Shown: positions 19,041-26,818 of the stretch, one piece after another | How the letters are laid out: every line of letters begins with the position of its first letter | How positions within the stretch are numbered: the stretch's first letter is position 1 | Source of the DNA: Escherichia phage RB49 | Sequence record: NC_005066.1 | Strand: one strand, 5' to 3' | Length of the DNA: 64,000 nucleotides | Translations under genes and position numbers: made by a program | The notes under the pieces: generated by a model | Databases searched by the model: none | What the model saw: the letters and a program-made list of their open reading frames with translations, nothing else | Told to the model about the DNA's origin: nothing

Positions 19041-19595
19041 TTAGTTATTTTTTAATTGTTCATCTTGCAATAATGCAATCACATGCTGGCGATGTTCTTC
19101 CGATTGAGACACACCGAAAAAGTTTGTTTTGTAGAAATACTCTAATCGGTCTTCTCGTGTGCTCTCTTCCATCATGATCGCGGGTAGTCCGAGATTTCGG
19201 AAACGTCGCTTTTCTGCTGGCGTAAAATCACTGTAATACAACATAGAATCATCATTACAAGCAATGCTAAACTCATCCTTCATAAAGGAGAATATTGCGT
19301 TTAAACGCTGTTTACCGTCCACGATTTCGATCTCATAGCGAGAGCCATCATCAATCTTAGCCATTGCGATAGCACCAACCGGAAAATCATTAATCAGGTT
19401 TTCGATAAACATACGTTTGTTTTCGGTGTCCCATACTAAAGGACGCTGATAATCTGGGTTCATGTTGATATAGCCATCTTCTAACCATGCTTCATAAACA
19501 GAGATAACAAAGTTTTTAGTATTGGTATAGTAACGGCGTTTAGGCGTTAAACGGTTCATGTTATAGTCTCCTGAATGGATCATCACGTAAATCAA
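19041..19595 (-). CDS. DUF262 / ParB-like nuclease-NTPase domain protein
   Basis: 184 aa; DYQRPLVWD and VDGKQRL motifs match the DUF262 signatures (IPxFQRxYxW, DGQQR) known from GmrSD-type proteins. Confidence 0.6.
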   Translation of the reverse strand: MIYVMIHSGDYNMNRLTPKRRYYTNTKNFVISVYEAWLEDGYINMNPDYQRPLVWDTENKRMFIENLINDFPVGAIAMAKIDDGSRYEIEIVDGKQRLNAIFSFMKDEFSIACNDDSMLYYSDFTPAEKRRFRNLGLPAIMMEESTREDRLEYFYKTNFFGVSQSEEHRQHVIALLQDEQLKNN

Positions 19596-19890
19596 TATCT
19601 TTTAAGAACTCATCCCATGAATGGCGGATATTGTTCTTAATTCTCCAGATAAGAGCAGGGATTGAACGCTCTCCCATCTGGAAGTATGGATCATATGATC
19701 CGTATGCCCAATATGCTACTACAATTCCACAATCAGCGCAATAGTATTCTATTTCACTTGCTGGCGACCAAAGTCCATCAATATGATCGGTGATCTTGCT
19801 TTCGATGTTATGGCTATGACAATCAGGGCAACGGATGCAATGACCTTGTTTATCGTAATTTGACGTTAGCGAATACTTAAACAATCTCAT
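19561..19890 (-). CDS. Zinc-ribbon protein
   Basis: 109 aa; CIRCPDCHSH ... YCADCG cysteine pairs; overlaps both neighbours (operon). Confidence 0.5.
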   Translation of the reverse strand: MRLFKYSLTSNYDKQGHCIRCPDCHSHNIESKITDHIDGLWSPASEIEYYCADCGIVVAYWAYGSYDPYFQMGERSIPALIWRIKNNIRHSWDEFLKDIDLRDDPFRRL

Positions 19891-20606
19891 TATAGATCCT
19901 TATTTGCTTCAAATACTGCCTTTGCGAATCCTCGCGGGGTAAGTGACCTGATAGTCTTTGTTTTCGTTCCTTTCCCGCCTAGCTTAGAATGCTGTTTACT
20001 GTACCCTTTATTAATCTGCAAAGGTTTCTTTTCTGGCATTATAAAGCCTTGTCCGGTCCATAAGCAAGTCTTTTTCGGGTACATATCACGGGCGGCAATA
20101 TACTCAGGAAAAGTAGGATGTTTATCATCTTCCGGCAAATAACCGCCATATTCCCACGGATGGAACATATAATCAGGCTTACGCCACATGCTAGAGATAA
20201 CGCTTACAGGATTCTCTATCATGTAGGGAACTCCTATCCATTCACCCAAATAAGCGGTTATTTTAGCTGCCCTTACATCATGAACTTGAATCAATGGTCC
20301 TTGTTCTAGTTTCTTTCGTTCAAAGTGCGCAGCGCCACTAACAGCTAAATTGGTGCACGGTGGGAATGCAAAGATAATATCCGGTTTCCCCCATTCAAGG
20401 TCCATTGCTCTTTCCAGCCAGTTCAAATCAATCCAGGTGTTTACATAGGTAATGTTTGGATGTTCAAATCTGGTATTATATTTTTTGTATGTACCGTGGT
20501 CGCCATCGTCAGCATTAAAGCAGATCACCTTATGACCCGCTTTAGCCCATTCTAACCCCATTATCCCCGACCCGTCAAAGTTGCAGAATATTAATTTTTG
20601 TTTCAT
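19890..20606 (-). CDS. Compact C5-cytosine methyltransferase-like protein
   Basis: 238 aa; motif I-like FDGSGIMG, motif IV-like FPPCTNLAVSGA (Pro-Cys catalytic dipeptide), motif VI-like MIENPV at canonical spacings; only about 100 aa remain where a target-recognition domain would sit. Confidence 0.45.
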   Translation of the reverse strand: MKQKLIFCNFDGSGIMGLEWAKAGHKVICFNADDGDHGTYKKYNTRFEHPNITYVNTWIDLNWLERAMDLEWGKPDIIFAFPPCTNLAVSGAAHFERKKLEQGPLIQVHDVRAAKITAYLGEWIGVPYMIENPVSVISSMWRKPDYMFHPWEYGGYLPEDDKHPTFPEYIAARDMYPKKTCLWTGQGFIMPEKKPLQINKGYSKQHSKLGGKGTKTKTIRSLTPRGFAKAVFEANKDL

Positions 20607-20848
20607 ATACGCCCCTTTAATCCAACACAGATTTTAGAAGGTTCTTTGCCGTGCCACATTAAGTAAAGTCCGTTAATGCGGCCTTGTTTTGTATATGATT
20701 CTTTTCTGATCTTCTTATAGTGTCGTGTTTCCTCTACCGATTGTTTAGAATACCAATCATAAAGGAAGAGGAACAAAGGCCAACCATTAGCAACCTTAAT
20801 GCAGTTATTCAAAAATTCCTTATTTCGTTTAATTAATTTTCTTTTCAC
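20603..20848 (-). CDS. Hypothetical protein
   Basis: 81 aa ORF, overlaps neighbours by 4 nt on each side. Confidence 0.45.
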   Translation of the reverse strand: MKRKLIKRNKEFLNNCIKVANGWPLFLFLYDWYSKQSVEETRHYKKIRKESYTKQGRINGLYLMWHGKEPSKICVGLKGRI

Positions 20849-21096
20849 GCTGCCCCCATTGGTTTGATAGTAACAGAATCTAAAAGACCTTTGTTAGCCA
20901 GTTCGCGGCAAGTTTTCAGATCCGCAACTTCCCAGCCAGCCGCAATCAGGTTATCAATGAGGCTGTTAGCAACTTCTTCGCTCATGAAAGAGCACTGTTT
21001 GCCGATGGTGTAGCGTACACGCTGTAATTTCAGTTTACGGAAGCCTTTAACGTTCAGGTCTTTAGCGATTTTCTTTGCGGTTTCGATGTTAGCCAT
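20845..21096 (-). CDS. Hypothetical protein, first gene of the operon
   Basis: 83 aa ORF with promoter cassette and GGAGAATC RBS upstream. Confidence 0.5.
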   Translation of the reverse strand: MANIETAKKIAKDLNVKGFRKLKLQRVRYTIGKQCSFMSEEVANSLIDNLIAAGWEVADLKTCRELANKGLLDSVTIKPMGAA

Positions 21097-21165
21097 TGTT
21101 TGATTCTCCTAAGTGGTATCTCGTCTTGATGGTTGTATTGTAGGGGAGTTATCCTCCCCTGTCAA
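21097..21165 (-). promoter_or_regulatory. Early promoter cassette with palindromic spacer
   Basis: TTGACA then GGGGAGGATAACTCCCC palindrome; heads the 21096 down to 19041 operon. Confidence 0.55.
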
Positions 21166-21179
21166 CACTTTTTATAAAA

Positions 21180-21347
21180 TTATTTGTTAATTTCTGGTGC
21201 GTTGCTAGGATAGTAACCTTCTTTAACTCCGAGGTATTTCGCAACCATCCCTACAATCTTCTGTGCTACTACAATGTCAAATTTCAGATAATCTTCGCCG
21301 TGGGTTTCAACGATATATGCTTCACATGCTGCTTTAGTCTCGAACAT
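21180..21347 (-). CDS. Hypothetical small protein, duplicate of 25506..25673
   Basis: 55 aa (MFETKAACEAYIVETHGEDYLKFDIVVAQKIVGMVAKYLGVKEGYYPSNAPEINK), near-identical in DNA and protein to the ORF at 25506..25673. Confidence 0.55.
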   Translation of the reverse strand: MFETKAACEAYIVETHGEDYLKFDIVVAQKIVGMVAKYLGVKEGYYPSNAPEINK

Positions 21348-21350
21348 TTT

Positions 21351-21409
21351 GATTCTCCTATTTCGTTTCGGTATGTGTGTATTATAGGGGATCTCCCGAT
21401 CCCCGTCAA
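21351..21409 (-). promoter_or_regulatory. Early promoter cassette with palindromic spacer
   Basis: TTGACg-GGGATCGGGAGATCCCC-TATAAT-conserved leader. Confidence 0.6.
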
Positions 21410-21422
21410 CAACTTTTTTAGA

Positions 21423-21899
21423 TTATTTGCACCACACTGTAATTTTCTTATCATGTTGGTAGTGAATCCATCGAATATCATCTTTATCAATCATGACAGT
21501 AACATACCCATTTACTAGTGATTTGTCAAAACGGTTATGTAACAGTGCAATATATTGAAAGAATGGTTCTTTTGTATTTGAATATATTCCCTTACCATCA
21601 AACGTCATGACATTTTTGTGAACTTTAAATTCATTACGAAGAACAGCCGTCATTGTCCCGTCTTCATTAGTTTTGAGTTTTAATTCGGATTCTTTGTAAA
21701 AATATGCGTCACGGGCTTTACTTTCTTCCCCGTCTTGTACTCTTACTTCACTAGCATAATCACACTGATAGGTCTTATCTACATTTTCGATCTTTTCTTG
21801 TGTCATATCAAAAAGCGGTGCGACCTTTTTCTTGGCCGCGTGTGCTACGTTGGTCATGGACAGTGCTGCAACAACCGCAATAGCAATAATCTTCTTCAT
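21423..21899 (-). CDS. Secreted/periplasmic hypothetical protein
   Basis: 158 aa; N-terminal signal peptide MKKIIAIAVVAALSMTNVAHA. Confidence 0.55.
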   Translation of the reverse strand: MKKIIAIAVVAALSMTNVAHAAKKKVAPLFDMTQEKIENVDKTYQCDYASEVRVQDGEESKARDAYFYKESELKLKTNEDGTMTAVLRNEFKVHKNVMTFDGKGIYSNTKEPFFQYIALLHNRFDKSLVNGYVTVMIDKDDIRWIHYQHDKKITVWCK

Positions 21900-21962
21900 A
21901 GTATTCTCCTTTTGTTTTGTGTTGGGAGTATCTTAGCGACACTCCCGTTATTTTTCAAATCT
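21900..21962 (-). promoter_or_regulatory. Early promoter cassette, GGGAGT/ACTCCC-palindrome class
   Basis: TTGAAA-17 bp-TAAGAT with inverted repeat GGGAGTgtcgcTAAGATACTCCC spanning the -10. Confidence 0.45.
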
Positions 21963-21964
21963 TT

Positions 21965-22246
21965 TTATTCGTGATTAGTTTCGATGTTGTGCATTTTGCA
22001 CCAGTTCAACCAATCGCCCAGATCTTGATAGTTGATGCTTTTATCTGCTGCCATCGTTTTTGTCTTGATACCCATATGTGCGTTATGAGTAAGCATTTTT
22101 ACAGTGAACTCAATTTTATCACCTTTAGCTTTAACATCAACCAGTTTGGTCCACTGGCTACCAGCGCCGCGAATGTTCATACCAACGATGTTTCCGATGT
22201 ATGCTTCTTTGTTTTTCAGGATTTCGGTTGCTTTGATGAATTTCAT
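21965..22246 (-). CDS. Hypothetical protein
   Basis: 93 aa ORF with promoter cassette and RBS. Confidence 0.5.
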   Translation of the reverse strand: MKFIKATEILKNKEAYIGNIVGMNIRGAGSQWTKLVDVKAKGDKIEFTVKMLTHNAHMGIKTKTMAADKSINYQDLGDWLNWCKMHNIETNHE

Positions 22247-22308
22247 TTTTGATTCTCCAGTTCGTTTCGGTATGGGTGTATTATGCTATGTTCTTACTTT
22301 GGTGTCAA
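22247..22308 (-). promoter_or_regulatory. Early promoter cassette
   Basis: TTGACA ... CATAAT ... conserved ACACCCATACCGAAACGAA leader. Confidence 0.6.
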
Positions 22309-22315
22309 CAACTTT

Positions 22316-22585
22316 TTAGATATTTTCAGAAATAAATTTTAAAACTTGACGTAAATGTTTCTCATCTTTGATAGTCGCCGGAAGTTCTTCTTTTACTTCC
22401 TGTGCAAGATAGATATTTCCGTTCCAAGTGAAAGATCCGTCTTCGTTTACGCGATAGCTGAACATCCACTCGCAATCATTTTCGATTTCATATACACACA
22501 GAAGGGTGTAATCGTTAAAGCTAGTGATTTCAAGGTCGAAGCCGTGACGTTTTGCAAAGTTGGTAGTGGTTTTAGTCAGTGCCAT
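22316..22585 (-). CDS. Hypothetical protein
   Basis: 89 aa ORF with promoter cassette and RBS. Confidence 0.5.
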   Translation of the reverse strand: MALTKTTTNFAKRHGFDLEITSFNDYTLLCVYEIENDCEWMFSYRVNEDGSFTWNGNIYLAQEVKEELPATIKDEKHLRQVLKFISENI

Positions 22586-22654
22586 TGTTTGATTCTCCTA
22601 AGTGGTATCTCGTCTTGATGGGTGTATTATGCTATAGTCGTGATCTGGTGTCAA
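22586..22654 (-). promoter_or_regulatory. Early promoter cassette
   Basis: TTGACA ... CATAAT ... conserved leader; preceded on the minus strand by a terminator hairpin. Confidence 0.6.
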
Positions 22655-22684
22655 CAACTTTTTTAAATTTTTGGAAATAAAAAA

Positions 22685-22702
22685 GCCGACACTAAGGTCG
22701 GC
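22685..22702 (-). terminator. Stem-loop terminator (stem-loop half of the cassette)
   Basis: gccgac-actaag-gtcggc followed by a T-run on the minus strand; the same hairpin recurs at 23189..23206. Confidence 0.55.
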
Positions 22703-22707
22703 ACATT

Positions 22708-23019
22708 TTAAAAATTCTTGCTATATATGCAAGCCTCATAATCTAGAGGATGACCGCCAATCCTACCAGGCTTAATATTCCAACCGCATCGATATTTTCT
22801 GACCATGCTAACCGTTTCGGTTCTTAGAGCATTTCTTTGCAAATCATACCCCCTAAATTCTTGTCTATAAGGACAGTCCGCTTTGCAAGTTGGCGGTTCT
22901 ACGTCATTTAGCGGGTCGGAAGCAGTTGGCTTTATTATCAATTCTTTGTTTGCAATAATCATAAGCACATCCCATTGAAGACAATTTAACATCTTCGCAA
23001 TAAGTGTTGAATCCGTCAA
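22708..23019 (-). CDS. Hypothetical protein (start uncertain; overlaps 22904..23095 in another frame)
   Basis: 103 aa ORF; the upstream half overlaps the better-supported 22904..23095 gene, so the true start may be internal or non-ATG. Confidence 0.3.
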   Translation of the reverse strand: MTDSTLIAKMLNCLQWDVLMIIANKELIIKPTASDPLNDVEPPTCKADCPYRQEFRGYDLQRNALRTETVSMVRKYRCGWNIKPGRIGGHPLDYEACIYSKNF

Positions 23020-23095
23020 ATACGATCACTTCGTATTTGACTCCATCAGCGATAGCTTTTACTTTATACCATCCATGCTTGTATAAAATCTTCAT
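22904..23095 (-). CDS. Hypothetical small protein
   Basis: 63 aa with GAGGAAA RBS and promoter cassette upstream. Confidence 0.5.
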   Translation of the reverse strand: MKILYKHGWYKVKAIADGVKYEVIVFDGFNTYCEDVKLSSMGCAYDYCKQRIDNKANCFRPAK

Positions 23096-23157
23096 CTTTA
23101 TTTCCTCAATCTCGTTTCGATGGGTGTATTATGCTATAGGCTAGACCAGGTTGTCAA
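23096..23157 (-). promoter_or_regulatory. Early promoter cassette
   Basis: TTGACA-17/18 bp-CATAAT-ACACCCATCGAAACGA. Confidence 0.6.
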
Positions 23158-23188
23158 CAACTTTTTTAATTTTTTGGGAAATAAAAAA

Positions 23189-23206
23189 GCCGACGCTAAG
23201 GTCGGC
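23189..23206 (-). terminator. Stem-loop terminator
   Basis: gccgac-gctaag-gtcggc with T-run on the minus strand, after the 23215..23523 gene. Confidence 0.55.
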
Positions 23207-23214
23207 TAATAAAA

Positions 23215-23523
23215 TCATTTGGACAAATAATCATTCTGTGCAATCCGGTCGGCGTATGCTGGTGTTATGTCAATCGCCAGCACTTTAACGCGTGCTTTCT
23301 TGCGACCTGGGTTTTCTCGTAACCAGTGCTCATGACCGTGAACATTTTTATACTTTGATGCTTCTTCAAATGTACGGATCGGACCTGGGTAATCAGCGTA
23401 AAGGATCTCTAGGTCTTCGGTGATGTAAAAATATACATCGTAATTACTGTTCTCTAGTTTAAGCAGAGAGTTGCGAAATTGTGGTAAATTCTCGCGGGTA
23501 AATTCAACTACAAGATTTTTCAT
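23215..23523 (-). CDS. HxHW-family small protein, paralogue A
   Basis: 102 aa; shares YxYITEDL...HGHEHW...VKVLAIDI pattern with five other ORFs in this region. Confidence 0.55.
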   Translation of the reverse strand: MKNLVVEFTRENLPQFRNSLLKLENSNYDVYFYITEDLEILYADYPGPIRTFEEASKYKNVHGHEHWLRENPGRKKARVKVLAIDITPAYADRIAQNDYLSK

Positions 23524-23548
23524 AGTGATATCCTCATTCAGATAGATT

Positions 23549-23569
23549 AAAAGGGGCTTAACGCCCCCC
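23549..23569 (-). terminator. Rho-independent terminator
   Basis: Hairpin ggggc-ttaa-cgcccc with flanking T-run on the minus strand. Confidence 0.5.
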
Positions 23570-23574
23570 GTATA

Positions 23575-23862
23575 TTAAAACAGTCCTTCCTGTACACCGT
23601 AGTAGAGTTCGTCACTGATAATTTCATTAATGCGACGGTGTGCATATTCCTGATTTGCGAAGTTATCAGCAAGTTCTACTTTAGTTTCGCCGTCATGAGT
23701 CCATTTAGTGATAACTTTACCATCTGCAAATTTGAAGTTGAACTCTTTAGCTACTGCATCGCGTACCAGACGTGCGAACTTGTTGTTACGGATGGCATTA
23801 TCGGTTTCGTGTGCAGCGTGAGCGAATTTGTTAACTTTCAGAGTGATAGTAATGTATGCCAT
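23575..23862 (-). CDS. Hypothetical protein, paralogue of 26891..27220
   Basis: 95 aa; VRDAVAKEFNFKF resembles VRKALAKEFNTKI in the 26891..27220 product. Confidence 0.5.
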   Translation of the reverse strand: MAYITITLKVNKFAHAAHETDNAIRNNKFARLVRDAVAKEFNFKFADGKVITKWTHDGETKVELADNFANQEYAHRRINEIISDELYYGVQEGLF

Positions 23863-23937
23863 AATTTGATTCTCCTAGTTAGAAAGTGTATCTCGTTTCG
23901 ATGGGGATATTATGCTATATCCCCGATCCGGTGTCAA
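23863..23937 (-). promoter_or_regulatory. Early promoter cassette
   Basis: TTGACA ... GGGGATAT-AGCATAAT ... conserved leader. Confidence 0.55.
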
Positions 23938-23943
23938 CACTTT

Positions 23944-24237
23944 TTATAAAATAATTTTTTGATATTTTTCTATGATGTTTGTGTAGGTCACGTCAACCGC
24001 TAGCACCGTTGCTTCGAATCCACCGTTTAGCCAATGGCTATGATCATGATCGTGAAAGAAACCTAGACCAGTACGAAGACCTTCTTTATATTCTGCGCGT
24101 ACATTCAGTTTGTCGTCGATAAACAGATAAAACCATGAATTTTTACTAGGATTGATGATACAACCTTTCAGATTAGGAAGAATATCACGACTAAGAATAA
24201 ACTTATCACCTACTTTGAACATAATATTAGTCCTCAC
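23944..24237 (-). CDS. HxHW-family small protein, paralogue B
   Basis: 97 aa; FYLFIDDKL ... HDHSHW ... TVLAVDV. Confidence 0.55.
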   Translation of the reverse strand: MRTNIMFKVGDKFILSRDILPNLKGCIINPSKNSWFYLFIDDKLNVRAEYKEGLRTGLGFFHDHDHSHWLNGGFEATVLAVDVTYTNIIEKYQKIIL

Positions 24238-24628
24238 TTATAAGGTCAAACCAATTGTTTTTCGCATAATGCTTAATGCGTGCTTGATCTGCTTCCGCTG
24301 GTGATAGATTCCATGCAACCACTACAACTTCTGACGCATCGTCATCCGTTTCTGATACCCAATGATTGTGATTCATACAGTTATTTGCTATCGAGTGAGC
24401 AAATGATTTCATCACTGGAGACGTATAATCATAGTAACGGATTTTCAGATTTTCATCAACGTACAAGTAGATCGTATACGGCTTATATTCAGTAACCAGT
24501 AACAGACAGTTACGCAATTCTGGGAAAATCTTTTTAGTTAATTTCATTTTATAATCCTCGGTCTCGGCTATAGTACACGGTACGCCATACAATTTCATGT
24601 TTCGTGTCGCTCCAGCACACGATCTCAT
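24227..24628 (-). CDS. HxHW-family small protein, paralogue C (start probably internal Met)
   Basis: 133 aa ORF; LYVDENLKIRYYDY ... HNHW ... VVVVAW. Confidence 0.5.
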   Translation of the reverse strand: MRSCAGATRNMKLYGVPCTIAETEDYKMKLTKKIFPELRNCLLLVTEYKPYTIYLYVDENLKIRYYDYTSPVMKSFAHSIANNCMNHNHWVSETDDDASEVVVVAWNLSPAEADQARIKHYAKNNWFDLISED

Positions 24629-24788
24629 TTACTCTTAAATCTTTGTTATCAACAAAAGATGAACATTGTGACGCTTCTTTCATCATTTTATCTGCTGTTT
24701 TCTCATCAAATACAGCACAGATTTCTTTATACACTCGATAATCTTTGAATTGACTCTGAATACCCATAATTAACACCATTCCAACCAA
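24549..24788 (-). CDS. Hypothetical protein, paralogue of 24727..24990
   Basis: 79 aa ORF; SQFKDYRVYKEICAVFDEKTADKMMKEASQCSSF parallels the neighbouring gene. Confidence 0.45.
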   Translation of the reverse strand: MVGMVLIMGIQSQFKDYRVYKEICAVFDEKTADKMMKEASQCSSFVDNKDLRVNEIVCWSDTKHEIVWRTVYYSRDRGL

Positions 24789-24990
24789 TTGTTTTTGAGA
24801 AAACGTTTATCCACTGTTGAGTGTAGCATGTTTCTTTCCATGATACAATACGAGTGGAATAATGGTTTTTGTTTCCAGAAAAGGACGGGCATTTTGATGC
24901 ATCTTCCATCATCTTTTCGGCGAACTCTGGTGCGTATACTCGCAGGATCTGTTGATATGCTTTGTATTCTTTAAATTTGCTCATAATCAT
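24727..24990 (-). CDS. Hypothetical protein, paralogue of 24549..24788
   Basis: 87 aa ORF; SKFKEYKAYQQILRVYAPEFAEKMMEDASKCPSF. Confidence 0.45.
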   Translation of the reverse strand: MIMSKFKEYKAYQQILRVYAPEFAEKMMEDASKCPSFSGNKNHYSTRIVSWKETCYTQQWINVFSKTIGWNGVNYGYSESIQRLSSV

Positions 24991-25249
24991 TCACTACCTT
25001 ATCAGCTTCTTTTGTTGTTTTTACATCAACTGCGATAACTCGTAAAGGTTCGTCATGGTTCCACCAGTGGTCATGAATATCAGCTTGTGATTTATCACCA
25101 AAGGAATCACGAATATCATTTTTACATTTATAGCTAATGTGACCTTCATAGTCAACATAAAGGTAATTATCGAAAATCGGCGTTTTTAAGATCATACCGA
25201 AAAATCTTTCTTTGTGTGTCTTATCCAGCGTTGCAGTAATTCGCATCAT
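24971..25249 (-). CDS. HxHW-family small protein, paralogue D
   Basis: 92 aa; YLYVDYEGH ... HDHWW ... RVIAVDV. Confidence 0.55.
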   Translation of the reverse strand: MMRITATLDKTHKERFFGMILKTPIFDNYLYVDYEGHISYKCKNDIRDSFGDKSQADIHDHWWNHDEPLRVIAVDVKTTKEADKVVNDYEQI

Positions 25250-25261
25250 AATATATTCCTC

Positions 25262-25441
25262 TTAGAAAGGGATGGTCATTTCTTGAGCTTGTACATTCTC
25301 GTTAGGATTAAACTTCATCCAGCCGATATTGTCTACCAGCATATGCACATTTTTATCATATCCTACGTGAGTAGTCAACACTAAATGTGCTTTACCTTCA
25401 ATGATGAGTTCCATGTACTTCTGAACTTCGATAGCTTTCAT
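25262..25441 (-). CDS. Hypothetical small protein, first gene of a six-gene operon
   Basis: 59 aa ORF (MKAIEVQKYM...), hand-translated; promoter cassette and GGAGAATC RBS upstream. Confidence 0.4.
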   Translation of the reverse strand: MKAIEVQKYMELIIEGKAHLVLTTHVGYDKNVHMLVDNIGWMKFNPNENVQAQEMTIPF

Positions 25442-25443
25442 TT

Positions 25444-25502
25444 TGATTCTCCGTTTGTTGTCTTGATGGGAGTATCTTACTACTCCATTTAATCATTGTC
25501 AA
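25444..25502 (-). promoter_or_regulatory. Early promoter cassette, GGGAGTA/TACTCCC-palindrome class
   Basis: TTGACA-17 bp-TAAGAT with inverted repeat GGAGTAGTAAGATACTCCC. Confidence 0.5.
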
Positions 25503-25505
25503 CTA

Positions 25506-25673
25506 TTATTTGTTAATTTCTGGTGCGTTGCTCGGATAGTAACCTTCTTTAACACCTAGATATTTTGCAACCATTCCGGTGATCTTCTGTGCTACTACGA
25601 TATCGAATTTCAGGTAGTCTTCACCGTGGTTTGCTACAATGTATGCTTCGCATTCTGCTTTAGTCTGGAACAT
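25506..25673 (-). CDS. Hypothetical small protein, duplicate of 21180..21347
   Basis: 55 aa from the internal Met of the listed 25506..25709 ORF (the 5' extension covers the promoter). Confidence 0.55.
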   Translation of the reverse strand: MFQTKAECEAYIVANHGEDYLKFDIVVAQKITGMVAKYLGVKEGYYPSNAPEINK

Positions 25674-25736
25674 TTTTGATTCTCCTATATCTCGTTGGTA
25701 TGTGTGCATTATAGGGGATCACCGATCCCCTGTCAA
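25674..25736 (-). promoter_or_regulatory. Early promoter cassette with palindromic spacer
   Basis: TTGACA-GGGGATCGGTGATCCCC-TATAAT-conserved leader. Confidence 0.6.
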
Positions 25737-25741
25737 CAACT

Positions 25742-26092
25742 TTATAATGCTTTATATGCGTATTTCATAAATTTGTCTGCCACTTCATTGGCATGTTCAG
25801 ATTCTACGCCTGATTCGAGAACAATAGCTAGGTCGGTTTCGTCATTCCCGCCGTACCAATGATTTGATGTTCGATTTTTTTCAATTGGAAATTGGTCACT
25901 TTTATCTGTGCGACAAAATACATCTAAATGCTCGTCGATGTAAAAGATCCAATCTTCATAAAGAATAACGGTATTAGCAAGATTTTTATTGCCTTCAACG
26001 AAAGGTTCCGCGACAAATAGCTTAGTTTGTTCCATAGTAATTTCCTCAAAATTATACAGTTTCGTAAACTTCCCAATGTTCAGCGCCAACAC
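25742..26092 (-). CDS. HxHW-family small protein, paralogue E (likely starts at internal Met near 26035)
   Basis: 116 aa ORF; FYIDEHLDVF ... SNHWYGG ... LAIVLESG. Confidence 0.5.
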   Translation of the reverse strand: MLALNIGKFTKLYNFEEITMEQTKLFVAEPFVEGNKNLANTVILYEDWIFYIDEHLDVFCRTDKSDQFPIEKNRTSNHWYGGNDETDLAIVLESGVESEHANEVADKFMKYAYKAL

Positions 26093-26243
26093 GCTTAACG
26101 AAAAGGTTTTCTTTGATGTTATTCATAAACGTCTGGATGGATTTAATGCGGTTTGAAGGTTTCCATTCTTCGTTGGCATTGCGTCGATACATCATAACAT
26201 TACCAGTTCGCTTATATTCAGCAACCATTTTAAGACCACACAT
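26052..26243 (-). CDS. Hypothetical small protein
   Basis: 63 aa ORF; possible promoter (TTGACA at 26316..26321) upstream. Confidence 0.4.
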   Translation of the reverse strand: MCGLKMVAEYKRTGNVMMYRRNANEEWKPSNRIKSIQTFMNNIKENLFVKRVGAEHWEVYETV

Positions 26244-26300
26244 AATATTATCCTCAATTTGTGGGAGAGTATTACCCCTCCCAATGATTGTTATGTTATA

Positions 26301-26621
26301 TCACACAAAATGGCGTGTCAATGCTTCTTTTGCGGTTCCGCTAAGACTTTCAATCTCGCCTGGCATAACATCAACCGCCAGAACTTCTACAACATCCTCG
26401 GACCCTAACCAGTGAGTATGGCCTTTGTAGAACTTGATAACCAGACCACCTTCCTCGTCCCATTTAACGCTATCGCTAGCCCACCACACATCACCGTCGA
26501 TAAAGTTGATGTAAAGCACACTACGCCACATTGAATTAATTACTTTCAATACTGCGCCTTTCATCTCTTCCACGGTATGGTCTTCCATTTTGAAGACCTC
26601 ACCTACCTGAACTTTTGCCAT
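26301..26621 (-). CDS. HxHW-family small protein, paralogue F
   Basis: 106 aa; YINFIDGDVW ... GHTHW ... VEVLAVDV. Confidence 0.55.
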   Translation of the reverse strand: MAKVQVGEVFKMEDHTVEEMKGAVLKVINSMWRSVLYINFIDGDVWWASDSVKWDEEGGLVIKFYKGHTHWLGSEDVVEVLAVDVMPGEIESLSGTAKEALTRHFV

Positions 26622-26638
26622 TTAGTCACCTCTCTTTA

Positions 26639-26818
26639 TTACATAACAATCACGCCAGCCGTTGAAAGTTGATGTTTCAACTGAGCATTTTCTGCTACCG
26701 TCAAATCAATGATTTCTTGTGACGCTGCAATCATATAGCCATTGGTGATATTGTTTTGCATCAGTTCAATGGTTTCTTCGTTGTAGCGGATTTTAGCGAT
26801 GATTTCGTTGAAGTTCAT
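26639..26818 (-). CDS. Hypothetical small protein
   Basis: 59 aa from the internal Met (MNFNEIIAKI...) of the listed ORF; the 5' extension overlaps the promoter cassette. Confidence 0.5.
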   Translation of the reverse strand: MNFNEIIAKIRYNEETIELMQNNITNGYMIAASQEIIDLTVAENAQLKHQLSTAGVIVM

